Assembly (NCBI RefSeq): GCF_001949145.1
Contig: NW_019091359.1
Coordinates: forward strand, 3,264,431-3,328,430
From: Acanthaster planci
Lineage: Eukaryota
Length of the DNA stretch: 64,000 nt
Reading direction: 5' to 3'
Both the position numbers and the translations under genes were made by a program. Below the pieces are notes generated by a model. That model had not been told where the DNA came from and searched no databases. It saw only the letters and a program-made list of their open reading frames with translations. Below are positions 1-11,726 of this stretch, piece by piece (within the stretch, counting starts at the first letter, position 1; each line of letters starts with the position of its first letter).

Positions 1-293
1 TAAAGTTGGGGATTTTATTGCTACTTTAATTGGTGTCAATTTCAGCATTGTTCCTTTGCTTATCTATAAGACAAAGACTTATTGCTATCTTGCTTCTTCT
101 CACGGAACTAAACAGTGTACACTCTTCTCAAATTCTGGACTTTGCATTTAATTCAAAGCATTGATATTCAAGTGCTTAATTTTTTTTTAAATGGATTGAA
201 TGGGTTTTTATCATTCACATGCCCAGCAAATAAACATGCCTAGCTCTGCCTCATTTTGAATGGAAATTGCCAGCCTGAATGAATCCCTCCTAC

Positions 294-3200
294 CTTGAGA
301 TGTTGGTGTGGTAGTCAATGCCATCATACAGTGAATCAATGGAGCATTTGGCTGACGGTAACGTTGACAAAATGTGTTTGCTGATTTCACATGCACCATG
401 CAGCTTGTTCATGGCTCTTTTATTGTCTGACATGTTACAATTCCGTGTCCTGCCACAGAAACCACAAGTTGTTGCTATGAAACCTACTCAAAAACATGAA
501 GGAAACTTTTACAGGGTACAAGATTGACTACTGACACAATCCAAAGAGTATTGTGATTGCTGGATAAAAATAAGACATTTCTACTAACATTCCGCGAGTT
601 CACTTGAAAAAGCAATGCCTTTAATCTAAAGTCACCTCTGAAAATGTAAGCACCAGAAATTCGACAGATCTCCCTCAAATGACATCACTTCCTACAGATT
701 GCCAGGCACACTGGCATTTGTCACGTCACATTTTCATGATGTGCATCAGCTGTACCGTATTTCAAAGATATATTGATGGACATGCACGCATGTACAGAAA
801 ATATGCACATTCTGTGCACGCTTACTTGATGGCGTATTACACATACTTGAATTTTCCAACAAAGACAGAGTCCTATGAGACAAATCTATAAAAGAAACGG
901 CAGTCAAACCTATTGAAATCTGAAGCACAGCTCTTAGCTAGCAGCGACGTGAATGTGTCACCTCCACAGCAGAGATCTGTCTCCGATGCCAACACACGTA
1001 GCATGCCGTTGCTGACTTGTAGGATAGTGATGGTTAGGCTGGTACCACCCAACCGATAGACAAGGACGTTACTGCAAGAAGATCAAGAAGGAATATATAC
1101 ACAACTGTAAGGATTCACCGTCAGTTCAAAGGACTTGGGATATAAGGTGATGCCAAATGGTCTAGAGAAAGACTGTGACAACTGCAAATAATTAAATCTT
1201 CTAGTTGGGTATGTGGGTCCATGTAGGTTTTTACTATTCCATTTGGAATGGTACACTACCAGCTTTGTCCACATTCAACAATGTACAGACAGACTCAAGC
1301 AGGTGACTCAGAAATCAGAAAAAAAAATTTCCAAGTTGCAAAACGCAATTGTAATGGATCAAAAAAGAAAAGGAAGGAAAAACATCTGATTCTAGGAAAA
1401 TCTGCAATCCCATAAATCAGCAAAATCCATACTCGAGGACCTAATTCGACTCCATACCTTTTATCTGCGGATTTTGTGTCACACACTCCATAGGCAAGGA
1501 CTGCGGCGCTAGGCTCACTAATGATGCGTAGAATGTTGAACCCTGCATCAGTAGCCGCTTCACTGAATAGACAACATGAAACACATGAAATGGGAAATGG
1601 ATTGTTGCTAATCTAACACCAATTACTCTGCAATCGCTTGCAGAAGCACCACAACACAATAATGGAGTACATACATCTGCGTCCGAGTAAATAACCTAAC
1701 CCAAAAAACATTAAAAAATGCAATATGATCAGTTTACATCTTTACTCACTACATCCAAAGATTATGAGTTTGGCAGAGCTAACTCATAAATTCCTACCTC
1801 TGCGGATGCAAACCTTGTATTTTAAGTTTTATTTGAAGAACACGATTCAAAGATGATGGAACTGAAACAAACTTCACAGGAAAGGGAGAGTGAGGGGCAT
1901 GGAAGGGTGGAGAGGGGGAACCCAACATTGGACTACTACATGTACTTCTCAAGAACCATGTTATAACTGCAGAACCAAGTTCTCCTCAAGTTAGTCTCTG
2001 ACAGAATTCCTGCCATATCCTATTCTTTGTATCGCAGACTGACGATGTATCTGAGCTAAATCTAGCTTGTCCTTACCACAGTGAGCGGCGTTGTGTCTCA
2101 GAGAAATCTAACGGTATTGTCAGTACAACATCTCTGTCATCTCCAATCCCTCCCTGATGTAATGCAATCTCTGAAATTAATATGAATCAGGTGAATTGGA
2201 TGTATCAGATCCACAGACTTGACAAGTATGAGAATGAAATTGGGCCAAAAACAATTATTCCACAAGATGTCACTTCATCAACATTTAACAACACATGCAT
2301 CAGTGGCATTTCCAAATCAAATTTATACATTTTTACTTTGAATATTAACATCAGTGACAAATCTCATTGAAAAAACTTCCAGATGACTGCCAAATTCATC
2401 AAGCAAGCTTACCCTCAGCCATAGGCACACTGTGAGAGTCAAAACAAATTATAAACCCAATGAGCCTTACCTTTTAACTTTTTGAAGATTAGTGTTGCAA
2501 CTGCTGTGGGTGTAACGTATGTCACCTTGTCCTTGTAGTCCACTTGATACAGAGGGTAACCACTCTTGTCAATTATCTTAGTGGGACCATCCCGAATCTT
2601 TTGCTTAACGATGTTATCTTCAACTCTGTGAGCAGAGAATAGATAGATTAAAATAAAAACAAACCTTTCACAGTCTCCATATATGTACACGGTTGAATTT
2701 TACTGAATAATAATGAAACATTATCAAGGAATAATGAAAGAATGTGAATTTGAAACATTTGGGGGTTTCACTGAATGCTGTTGTTGGTTTTAGTTGAATG
2801 AATGGAGGTGTTGGGTGGCGTGTATCGCCTTAAACACAATGTGACCCTATCCTGATCATCTTACCTAATACCTACCAAACTGTAACAAAATCTAGTCAGA
2901 GGATTTTAACTAGATTTCCGACGTTAGATCTCATTGATTACACTCACCTTCTTCCAAGGGTGTGCTTGACATGGCAAATAGTATTAACAGCGTTGCGTAT
3001 TTTACCCTGTTTAGCTGATAAGCCAACATCCTGGTGACAAAGAAACACAACTTTCAATTTAATTTCTCATACTATATTTTGCACATTAAAAGGAGCACTT
3101 CTGTGTCCATTCACCTCAACAGAGCAAATACAAGAAATGAAATTAAATCAAAATACTGTAAATACTAGGCATGAACACTTTAATATCAAGAAACCAAACA

Positions 3201-6200
3201 AGAACAGATTACAGACTAAATGGACTTGGGTGATTCTATAAATTAGGAGTCCAATTTCTTCATGTCTCCCATCACATATGATTTCTAAGTTCAGAACATT
3301 CTATAATTTCTACAGTAATGAATTAATGCAAGTAACCTGCCAAACAAACAGAAATAGTTTGAAATCAATTTCAGTAATATTTCCATGTCAAATTACGAAG
3401 GTCAGGTGTAACGGACACAAATCCGTCACACTTTTGGACCCTGAATTAATAGCATGACCCACTTGTAAAATAGGAAAAAACTGGAGAACAGCAGGACAGT
3501 TATTCTTGGCAAAAGACTAAAAAATGAGTATGTAAAGGAATAAAGCAAGGATACAACATTAGATAGGAAGGATACAATCACCAGGAAGGATATAATCACA
3601 ATATTCATTGAAAAAAGTAATGTATAGTGCAATCTTTACCTTGTCATTTCCATTGTATGCAACAATAGCCGGTGTCACTCTGTCACCAGAATCATTGGTT
3701 ATCACTTCAGTCTTTCCATCCTGTTATTCATTGGAGAGAGGAAAAAAGGACATCACATATATTTCCTTTTTTCCATCAAATTTCTCCACCAGCAGATACA
3801 CGTCCATGTACATGTAGGATTTTAACATATCACTCACTGTGCCTTGGGTGCTTTTTGCCACCAAGGGGATACAAAACCCATGGACCAAGTCACAACAGGC
3901 AACAATTGGGCCATCGATTTAAGAAATGCAAGAGAACAGAGTGAAATACATTTTACCTTGGAGCAGTGCATTTCATGTTACTGAAATTGTCTTCACCAAC
4001 AAAGTATTAGGTTGAACAAATGCAATTTACACGTAGAAATTAAACAATTGGTAAGGAGCATAATCTCATGTCTTTTGTCTTGACATTTCCGAAAAAAATT
4101 TCTAGTAAACTGTTCAATTCTGTCATCAGTAGCACCTGTTACAGTTGGGTCTCCATTGTCATGCCTATTACAATGCAGACTTGGGAACTATAGTGACCAA
4201 GGATTCAATTTAATATATAAAAGGAAGATATTGGGATTTTTTGAGGTCGTGAAATAATGGAAGTTTGTTTTCAAAACTTGCAAATGTACCGGTAAGTTGA
4301 AAAACATATGAATAAAATTTTTCAATATAAAAAGGTTATTCAGAGGTAATTTGTAAGGACAGAAAAGACAACAGGGTTTACTTTTAAATTTCTTTTTTTT
4401 ATTTTTCTAAATTGTTTTTCTCATTTATTTTTCTAACTTGCTGATAAAAATTTTCGGGTCACACCAAAAAATAAGGGTCCTTCGGGAAGCCAGAAGCAGA
4501 AGAATTTTTTTTGCCTTAATGCTGCAACCTGGCTGACCACTTAACTCAGTGCAAAATAAGTCCCCTGCTCCAAAGGCCAGTAACCCTCCTTCTGCTGTAA
4601 CAAAGTTCCTTCCACTTGATTTGCCACAGCGCACAGACACTGACTGACGGTAACATTGACAAAATGTGTTTGCTGATTTCACATGCACTATGCAGCTTGT
4701 TCATGGCTCTGATTTGACTGATTTTGACCGATATGACAACCGTGTCAAGAATGTATCTTTGCATAGGAGGGTTTTAAATTAATGGAGCAAGTTGACATGA
4801 GTAAAGCATTTGATCGCATGCCTCATGACATCCTTCTCCGTAAACTAACTTCTGGGTGTAACATAAAAGGTGCTCTCTGGAGGTGGATCAAGGATTTCTT
4901 AGTGGGCCGTCTCCAGACTAACTTTTGTTGGACAAACCTCGGAGTGGTGTGCGGTGAAGTCTGGCATTCCACAGGGCAGCCTACTTGGACCTCTTCTTTT
5001 TAACACATTCGTCAACGACATCACTCATAATATTAATTCTGATTATATTTTATTTGCTGATGATATACTACTGTCCCGTAAAGTTCATGCTCACTTTGAT
5101 GTTTCTACTCTCTAGCAGGACCTTGATAAGCTGAGTGTTTGGAGTGTTCCTAACGGTATGCCCTTCAATGCTAGTAAATCCAAACTTATGCACATCTCCT
5201 TTAAACGACACCCATCTCTCCCTTTTTCTTTTCTTTCAGGTATCCCATTGACAGCTGTACAATCGGTCAAATATCTTGGAGTCACTCTGAATACTCAGCT
5301 ATCTTGGAAGGATTATGTTAAGTCTGTAATTTCCTCTGCAAATCACACACTTGCTCTCGTCAAATCCATTGCCTTCAACTCTTCTACTTCAGCAAAACTT
5401 TCACTGTATAAAGTTCTCATCCTGCCTGGCTCCCTCAGACAAGAAAGCAGGTTGACAATTCAAAAACGTGCGACTTGTTTTATTCCTGGCCAGAAGCATG
5501 GTATGATGAGCTACCCTGATAGGTTAGAAACTCCGGATTGGTCTGATTTACATGTATCTTGTCGTCGTAATTATGCTGTTCTCTCGTCTGTCTCCAAGTG
5601 TCTGTTCAATATTGTTGAATGTAATCAATGCGTTTACAATGTTTCTGTTAATTCCCACCATGTTCATGATGTTTTGTTTCAGCACCGGCAAGCTGGGACC
5701 AAATCCCTGCATTGATCTTGTTTCCATGCTTCCCCTCGCTCTTGTTTTACAGCCTTTTATCGGCGTTTCTTCCCACTCTTTGAAACAGTGTTCTCTTTTC
5801 ATAAATCCCAACCTTGTATTTATGTTACATGTACATGTAAGGCTTATAACATGTAATTGAGCCTCCTCTCTGCCAATTGTCAATTACATTTTATCTGATT
5901 GGTCGTATATATTTATATACATCTCTTCTCTTATGCATGTTTTTTTGATTTATTGCGTCTTTAATGCTAACTCCTTATTCACTTAGTTCAATCAATTTCT
6001 TACATCATTTTTATCCCTTTCCATTTTTATTTCTACTTTTATTCATGTCCAGTGAGTCATCTCCTTTTGTTTCTTTTATATCAAAATATTCATACGTTCT
6101 AATGTATTTTTATTTTCTTACTTATATTTACTTATTTATGTATTTACTTTACACCTACATGTACCTTGATGAGGAGCAGCACGCCTTCTCATTTTAAGTA

Positions 6201-7303
6201 CTATTTCAGCCTCCTGTTTGTCATTATCCTGTAGACTTTCATTACATTTATTGTACACTTACCTAGTGTTTTCTTCCACATGTATTATTTTGTATTTAAC
6301 CTATTTATTGTCATTATCATTAATTGCTTATTCATTTAACTTATTTAATTTCATATTTAATGCTTACAGTATCTTTATTCATTCTAGTTGTTCCTTTTCT
6401 TTTATATTTAAATATTTTTAAGTTCTAACTTTTGGCTTCAAATACTTTTATATATTAGTATATTTATTTAAATTTATTTACTCTATACACAACTTGATGT
6501 GGAGTGGCAGGTCTTTGCCACAGTGATTGTTATCGCTTTTGCTTCTCCAATGCCCATCTCGTATGTGATGAAAAAGAATTGGCATGAATAAATAATAAAC
6601 TTTACACTGTACATCAATTATGTCCCTTAAACTGAATTGGAACTGGTACGATAGTCGGACAAATACATAAGATACATGTATGAGATATGATGCGGAAAGA
6701 GATCCCAAAGAAGCAAGGCTTGTAGACTAGCAGAGATCTCCTTATTTTATACTACTTAGGCCTTCACTATATAAACGATGACAAGTACTTGAAGTAGGCC
6801 TAACAAAAGTCAACACTTCCATGCAAAATGACACTTAGGCCCTAAATGCCAATATTTCTAGGATTACAGGAATTAGGAGTTGTACAGTGGTAGCCCATTA
6901 GAATGATTACACAGAGCCTGAATAGGCCCCTAGTTGGATAGAAATTAGAAGGAAGGTTTTAAACTTAAAGTTGAACACAGCATTGACAGCAAGACCGGAT
7001 GCTGGACCGTGAGTAGCCCCACTACTGGCACTAGTGTGGCACGGATCACTCCCGATAAGGATGGATCGGGAGTGAGAGTCCGTGCCACACTAGTGCGTAG
7101 TGGGGCTAGACCGTGAGTTACGTTACTGTCCCTGCAAAGTGTAAATGCATCAATCACAGCCGTGTTTTCTTAAATAGATTCTTTAAGTCTGATATTCCTT
7201 TAGTAAATAATAGCCCTGCATCTGTTTAACCAGGAAAACTTACTTTGCTTATTGCCAAACACGTGGTTGAACCTCCAAAATAAATTCCCAAGGAGGCCGC
7301 CAT
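294..7303 (-). CDS. HSPA14: Heat shock 70 kDa protein 14 (Hsp70L1, ribosome-associated complex subunit), exons 1-8; 3' part lies left of the window
   Basis: Phase-consistent GT-AG exons 7244-7303, 3640-3720, 2948-3030, 2471-2625, 2077-2170, 1458-1562, 910-1071, 294-449. They give MAASLGIYFGGSTTCLAISK-DGKTEVITNDSGDRVTPAIVAY...DVGLSAKQGKIRNAVNTICHVKHTLGR...EAATDAGFNILRIISEPSAAVLAYG...NVLVYRLGGTSLTIT...NKRAMNKLHGACEISKHILSTLPSAKCSIDSLYDGIDY. This is an Hsp70 nucleotide-binding domain with HSPA14-type residues (EPSAA, YRLGG). Confidence 0.93.
4782..5715 (+). mobile_element. Decayed non-LTR retrotransposon (L2/CR1-like) reverse transcriptase fragment in HSPA14 intron 1
   Basis: RT motifs DMSKAFDRMPH, SGIPQGSLLGPLLFNTFVNDI, LFADD and KYLGVTL. 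Broken by a frameshift near 4920 and a TAG stop near 5113. Confidence 0.88.
7014..7108. mobile_element. Palindromic MITE (TAGCCCCAC...GTGGGGCTA) with 9-bp target-site duplication
   Basis: Near-perfect 95-bp fold-back flanked by the direct repeat GACCGTGAG at 7005-7013 and 7109-7117. Confidence 0.85.
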
Positions 7304-7624
7304 CTTGCTTTATGATCTAGCGCCACCTACCGACATGTCAAATGCCGGCTACGTCACAGGTAACTGACCAATGGCAAGACGACAAATGTATTAGGAAATA
7401 AGTCCACGTTGTGCACACATGTGTTGACAAGTTGTGATAGAAGCAGAAGTTCTGTTGGTAAAAAAACGAGTGTTTCAAAAGCTATGTATGCGACATTTTT
7501 GAACCGTCAGTTTGGTTCACTTTAACTGCTGTTTGTGTGTTGTTGCTTTGAAATCATTATCGTATTTGAAGGGAAAAACAGCAGCTTTTATGTATTTTGA
7601 GTGAACAGAATTTGCATTGTCGAC
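7304..7624. promoter_or_regulatory. Putative bidirectional promoter between HSPA14 and MANF
   Basis: Only 321 bp separate the divergent ATGs. Contains a CTCF-like motif (minus CGGTAGGTGGCGCTA, 7318-7332), a TGACGT core (~7351-7356) and CCAAT (7368-7372). A YY1-like AAGATGGCGGC overlaps the HSPA14 ATG. Motif function is inferred. Confidence 0.6.
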
Positions 7625-10600
7625 ATGAATGTTCAGGCATTTACCATGGCCAGTTTTGTGTATCTGGCGTTAGTTGTGTGCGCTGTGGTTCTCCATTCAG
7701 CTGAAGCCAAACTGAAAAAGGGCGAATGTGAAGGTTGGTGATAAGATATAGGCCTAGGACTTGTCTGTTGATATAGTATTGGTTGTTTTCGTTTGTGGTC
7801 TTTTTTCTTACTCTTTGTAAATTTTTTAAGTGATGTCGGCTTTGGTCATCGTCAACATGATCAGTGTTATCACAGTATTAGCCCCACTAGTGTGGCACGG
7901 ATCACTCCTGATACTAGTGTGGCACGGATCACTCCTGATTTATCCTTAAGGATAAATCAGGAGTGATCCGTGCCACACTAGTGGGGCTATCACAGTATCA
8001 GATCTGCAGATAAGTCAAATGGAAATTATTAAAAGTGTGTTCACTTCAAACATGGAGGAATAATTCAAACATGTGTATCCGATAAATGGCCCAGATCCTT
8101 TTAGAAAAAAACTTTAAGTCTGAAGTGCATGCTTTCATCAGCCCTAACAGTCCTCGTCCTCCAGTCATGCCAGTTTCAATATGATTTTACATGGGCCTAT
8201 ACCCTAGGGGTGTTGGTTAATTTTTAGTTACAGTGTTAATGGTTAAAACATTAATTTTCAGTTATTTACATTTTGTCTCGAAATCGACTGGTCAATGTAG
8301 GATAAATGAGCTGCAAGTCGTGATTTTGATTGGTCAATAATAGGCATTAATATTCATGATATTAGTCAAAGCACACTCCGTCGCAGAAAGTGGTGTTGTC
8401 AGAAGGGATTCTCCAAATTTTCCTGTTCTGCCAAACTTTGAAGTTTGTGAATATTTTTGTCCCAAATCAATAATGCATCACTGTGTTCAAGGGGATGGCT
8501 TAAATTAGAGTACGAAATAAAATGGAAACAGATTAACTTTTGCAGGTACACTTTTCCCGTAGGGTTATGCATGAAATGCATTGCATGTTTGTCATCCAAA
8601 CCCATGATGCATTGCAAACATCAAAAAGATTTATTATAGTCGTCACTCTATGTATACATTGGGGTAAGAGTTCAAATATATGGACATTGCTTATTTTCCC
8701 TTGCCTGTTTAATTGCAGTGGCTTATATATGTAAGCCATCAAAAGGTGATAACGTCCCAAAAAGTTAAATTTAGCCGTGAAAATATCGAAGCATTTACTT
8801 AGAAAATATTTGGAGCTTTTCAGATCAATCTCATGTGCACAGGGTGTCAAGTGATGTCCATCTATGGAGCTCTTTCCTACGCTGGCAAACGTACTTAAAT
8901 TGGTTTGTTATAACAAAGTGAAGATTTTGTCATCCTCCAGCTGCACTTTATTAAGCAGGAGCCACAGGCAAGGGACGTTATCAGTGGGAAAGAATTCCAT
9001 ATACAGACGCCACTCATTTTTTTTCCTGCAGGGATCTATTGGCCACACGAAAGCAATAAAATGTCCAAAAACTTGAATTTACGTGAAGCTGATTCACTTA
9101 AAAAACACTGGGAATTTTGCATACCAGTCTCAATGGGTTAGTAGGATGTGAGTATGGATTAATTGCAGGATACGTCATTTTCTTTTTTTTGATTCGTGGT
9201 TTAGGAGGAGTTGCTCAAAAGTCTGAAATTGAACTGGATGTGAATTCCAGCTCATGAACATGAATTCACAATGATAATTTTAATGCAGAGCCGGACAAAG
9301 TTTTGTCACAAAACAGCATCAAAGTACCCCAAAATGCCCATGCTCAACTGCCAAAAGCATCTAGATCATTAACTGGTCAAATATCCACTGCCAAGCATGA
9401 GGATTTGATATTGGTATTTTGCTGAGAAGAAGAAAAATAAAAACTGTTATTCATTCTACTGTGTTGTTTTACTTCATTTTCAGTTTGTATTGAAACCCTG
9501 AATAAAATCGAGAAGGCCATCACAAAAAAACAGCGTGATGAAGGTAAAGAAGGGATTGAAAAAGCAATCAGGAAGTTCTGCAAATCAGCCAAGACTAAGG
9601 AGAATACTTTTGTAAGTATATAATTCCTGTATATAAACTGATTAAATTTTGGTCAGTTCAACACCAGAACAGGGGTGTCCAAGTCTGGGTACTGTGTGAT
9701 GGAAGGGCAAGTTACCACTTTCCATAGTCTCACTTTTTTGGGAGGCGGAGGTGAGGAAGAAATAAGTTTAACCTCCGACCCCTTCACTGAACTGTTGACC
9801 TTTACCAACTGGTCAGTGGTCACCCTTTCCACAGTTACTCTCTAGAATATGGAATTAGTGTTTTGAAGTGGGATTAGTGTTTTGAAGTGTCATTGTCTCA
9901 ATTTAGGGAAGCAAGTCATTTTTTTTTTACCTTTGATCTTCCATTTCTCCCCCCCAACATTCTAAAACACCTTCAATTATATTGAAAGATTTTTAGTAAT
10001 AGCATTGTCTTTTTATTACTGCTCTTTAAGTCCTCAAATATCTCATTGAAATTTTCCAGTGTTATTTCATCGGTGGAACAGCCGACGCTGCAACTGGGTC
10101 TCTGGGAGAGATTAGCAAGAGGCTACTCAACTATGTACCATCAGACAAAATATGTGAACGTCTAAACAAGTTAGATTCACAAATATGTGAACTTGAATAC
10201 GGTAAGAATTAAATGCATTTCTGTGTTGGAATAGACATGAACTCACCTTCAGAATAAAAGTGAAAATGTTACAGTATTTCACAGGAGGTTGTGAGATGGA
10301 GTAAAATTGCATGATCAGTTTGTGGTCTGAGTACCATTTACCTAAAGTGCCCTTGAAAAAGTAACAGTTAGTTACCGGATTTTTGTACTGACTAATGCGA
10401 GGAAAGTTCATCTATAAATTACAATGTAGATGTGTGTTTTGGTTTTTTGTTTTAGGGAGTTTCCTTTTATATTTTGGTCCATTCAAAACAAAAGTTTGAT
10501 CCACCTAATTTCACAGATTTTTTTTTGGTCTCTAATAGTTGGCATGTGAATTGTTTGCTTGCGTAGAAGTCATGGTTATTTCTTTGTTTCACTCTTACCA

Positions 10601-11119
10601 CTGGGTAGTATATAACCCATGTGTAGCTGCTGAGTTTAGCTAGCCCCATTTAGGCCCTAAGTACTTACCAGAGAGCGTCTCCAACTGAAGACAGTGTAAC
10701 TGTCTTAATGTTTCCTCCACTTGTGCTGTCTTAAGGAGCTGGGCATTGAGGCTTTAAACACAGGGCTTAAATACATGTACATGTTAGTCTTTTGAAGTTC
10801 TGGTTTGAAGTTATGTCTCCCCTCTGGGAGATCTGCAGAAAAAAATCTTAACAGAAGGAAGACTTTGAATCTTTTACTAACATAGTAGAGACATAATGCT
10901 GCACGCACATTCTATTTTGATTGGTTCTTTTTTTTTCTGTGTCCAGAGAAACAAATTGATTTGGACTCTGTAGATTTGAAGAAAATGAAGGTTAAAGAAC
11001 TGAAGAATATCTTGAGTGTCTGGGGTGAAGAATGCAAAGCCTGCACAGAGAAGACAGATTTCATCAAACGCATCGAGGAACTAAAACCAAAGTATTACAA
11101 GAAGAAGACAGAGTTATAA
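7625..11119 (+). CDS. MANF: MANF/CDNF (ARMET) family ER-stress neurotrophic factor, 4 exons
   Basis: Exons 7625-7733, 9484-9611, 10060-10201, 10947-11119, phases consistent. Signal peptide, then [10 protein letters not shown]...[25 protein letters not shown]...[24 protein letters not shown]...[36 protein letters not shown]...KTEL*. Saposin-like plus SAP-like domains, a CxxC motif and a KDEL-like tail. Confidence 0.95.
7879..7989. mobile_element. Second copy of the palindromic TAGCCCCAC MITE with 9-bp TSD, in MANF intron 1
   Basis: Fold-back with an internal 27-bp tandem duplication; direct repeat TCACAGTAT at 7870-7878 and 7990-7998. Confidence 0.85.
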
Positions 11120-11675
11120 CTTGGATGGTTGAAGGAGGAAATGCACTGATCCATGATAAACTAAGCTAAGGGAGTTAGATTACCTCATGAAAGCTGTCCA
11201 GGGACTAGTCACAATTTAAGCTGGTTACTGTATGTTATGAATGTGAAAAAACATTTCTAATTTGAACCAGCATCTGAGGGTGCTCAGCTGTTGGTACCTG
11301 TCGAAATTCAGAACATTTGACTGAGAGGGATAAGTTTTTTTATATGTACATGCTCACATGACAATTTGACAGTTGTGACATCATTGCAGTGTCCTTCACT
11401 GTACATCCGCAGGAGTTTAACGATTGCAGGACATGGGATGGCAAAGTGTGCCAATTGAAACTTGGACAAAGAATGGCATTCCAGCACAGTGGTGGATTTA
11501 GGTATATGCTTAGAGATTGTCTAGCAAAAACATCCTGAACATTAAGGCATAAAACTGCACATGATACTGATGATCATATACATTTCATTGCACTTGGTCA
11601 TCATAAATGGTACAGTTGTCTGTGCAAGCACATACATGTAATGTGCACATCAGAGTCAATTATACAAGTAATTAA

Positions 11676-11726
11676 CCCTAACAGTCCTCAGTCTTCCAAC
11701 AGGTGAAGGATTGAGGACTGTTAGGG
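11676..11726. mobile_element. 51-bp hairpin mini-element with TTAA|CCC...GGG|TTAA-type ends (piggyBac-like MITE)
   Basis: CCCTAACAGTCCTCA...TGAGGACTGTTAGGG flanked by TTAA and TTAG; same-length copies at 42962-43012 and 50892-50942. Confidence 0.7.

Noticed and set aside
5900..6480. Phe/Tyr/Leu-rich short ORFs
   Set aside because: Low-complexity AT-rich intron sequence downstream of the LINE relic.
7340..7410. ERSE or ERSE-II element for MANF
   Set aside because: CCAAT and CCACG are both present but not at the CCAAT-N9-CCACG or ATTGG-N-CCACG spacing.
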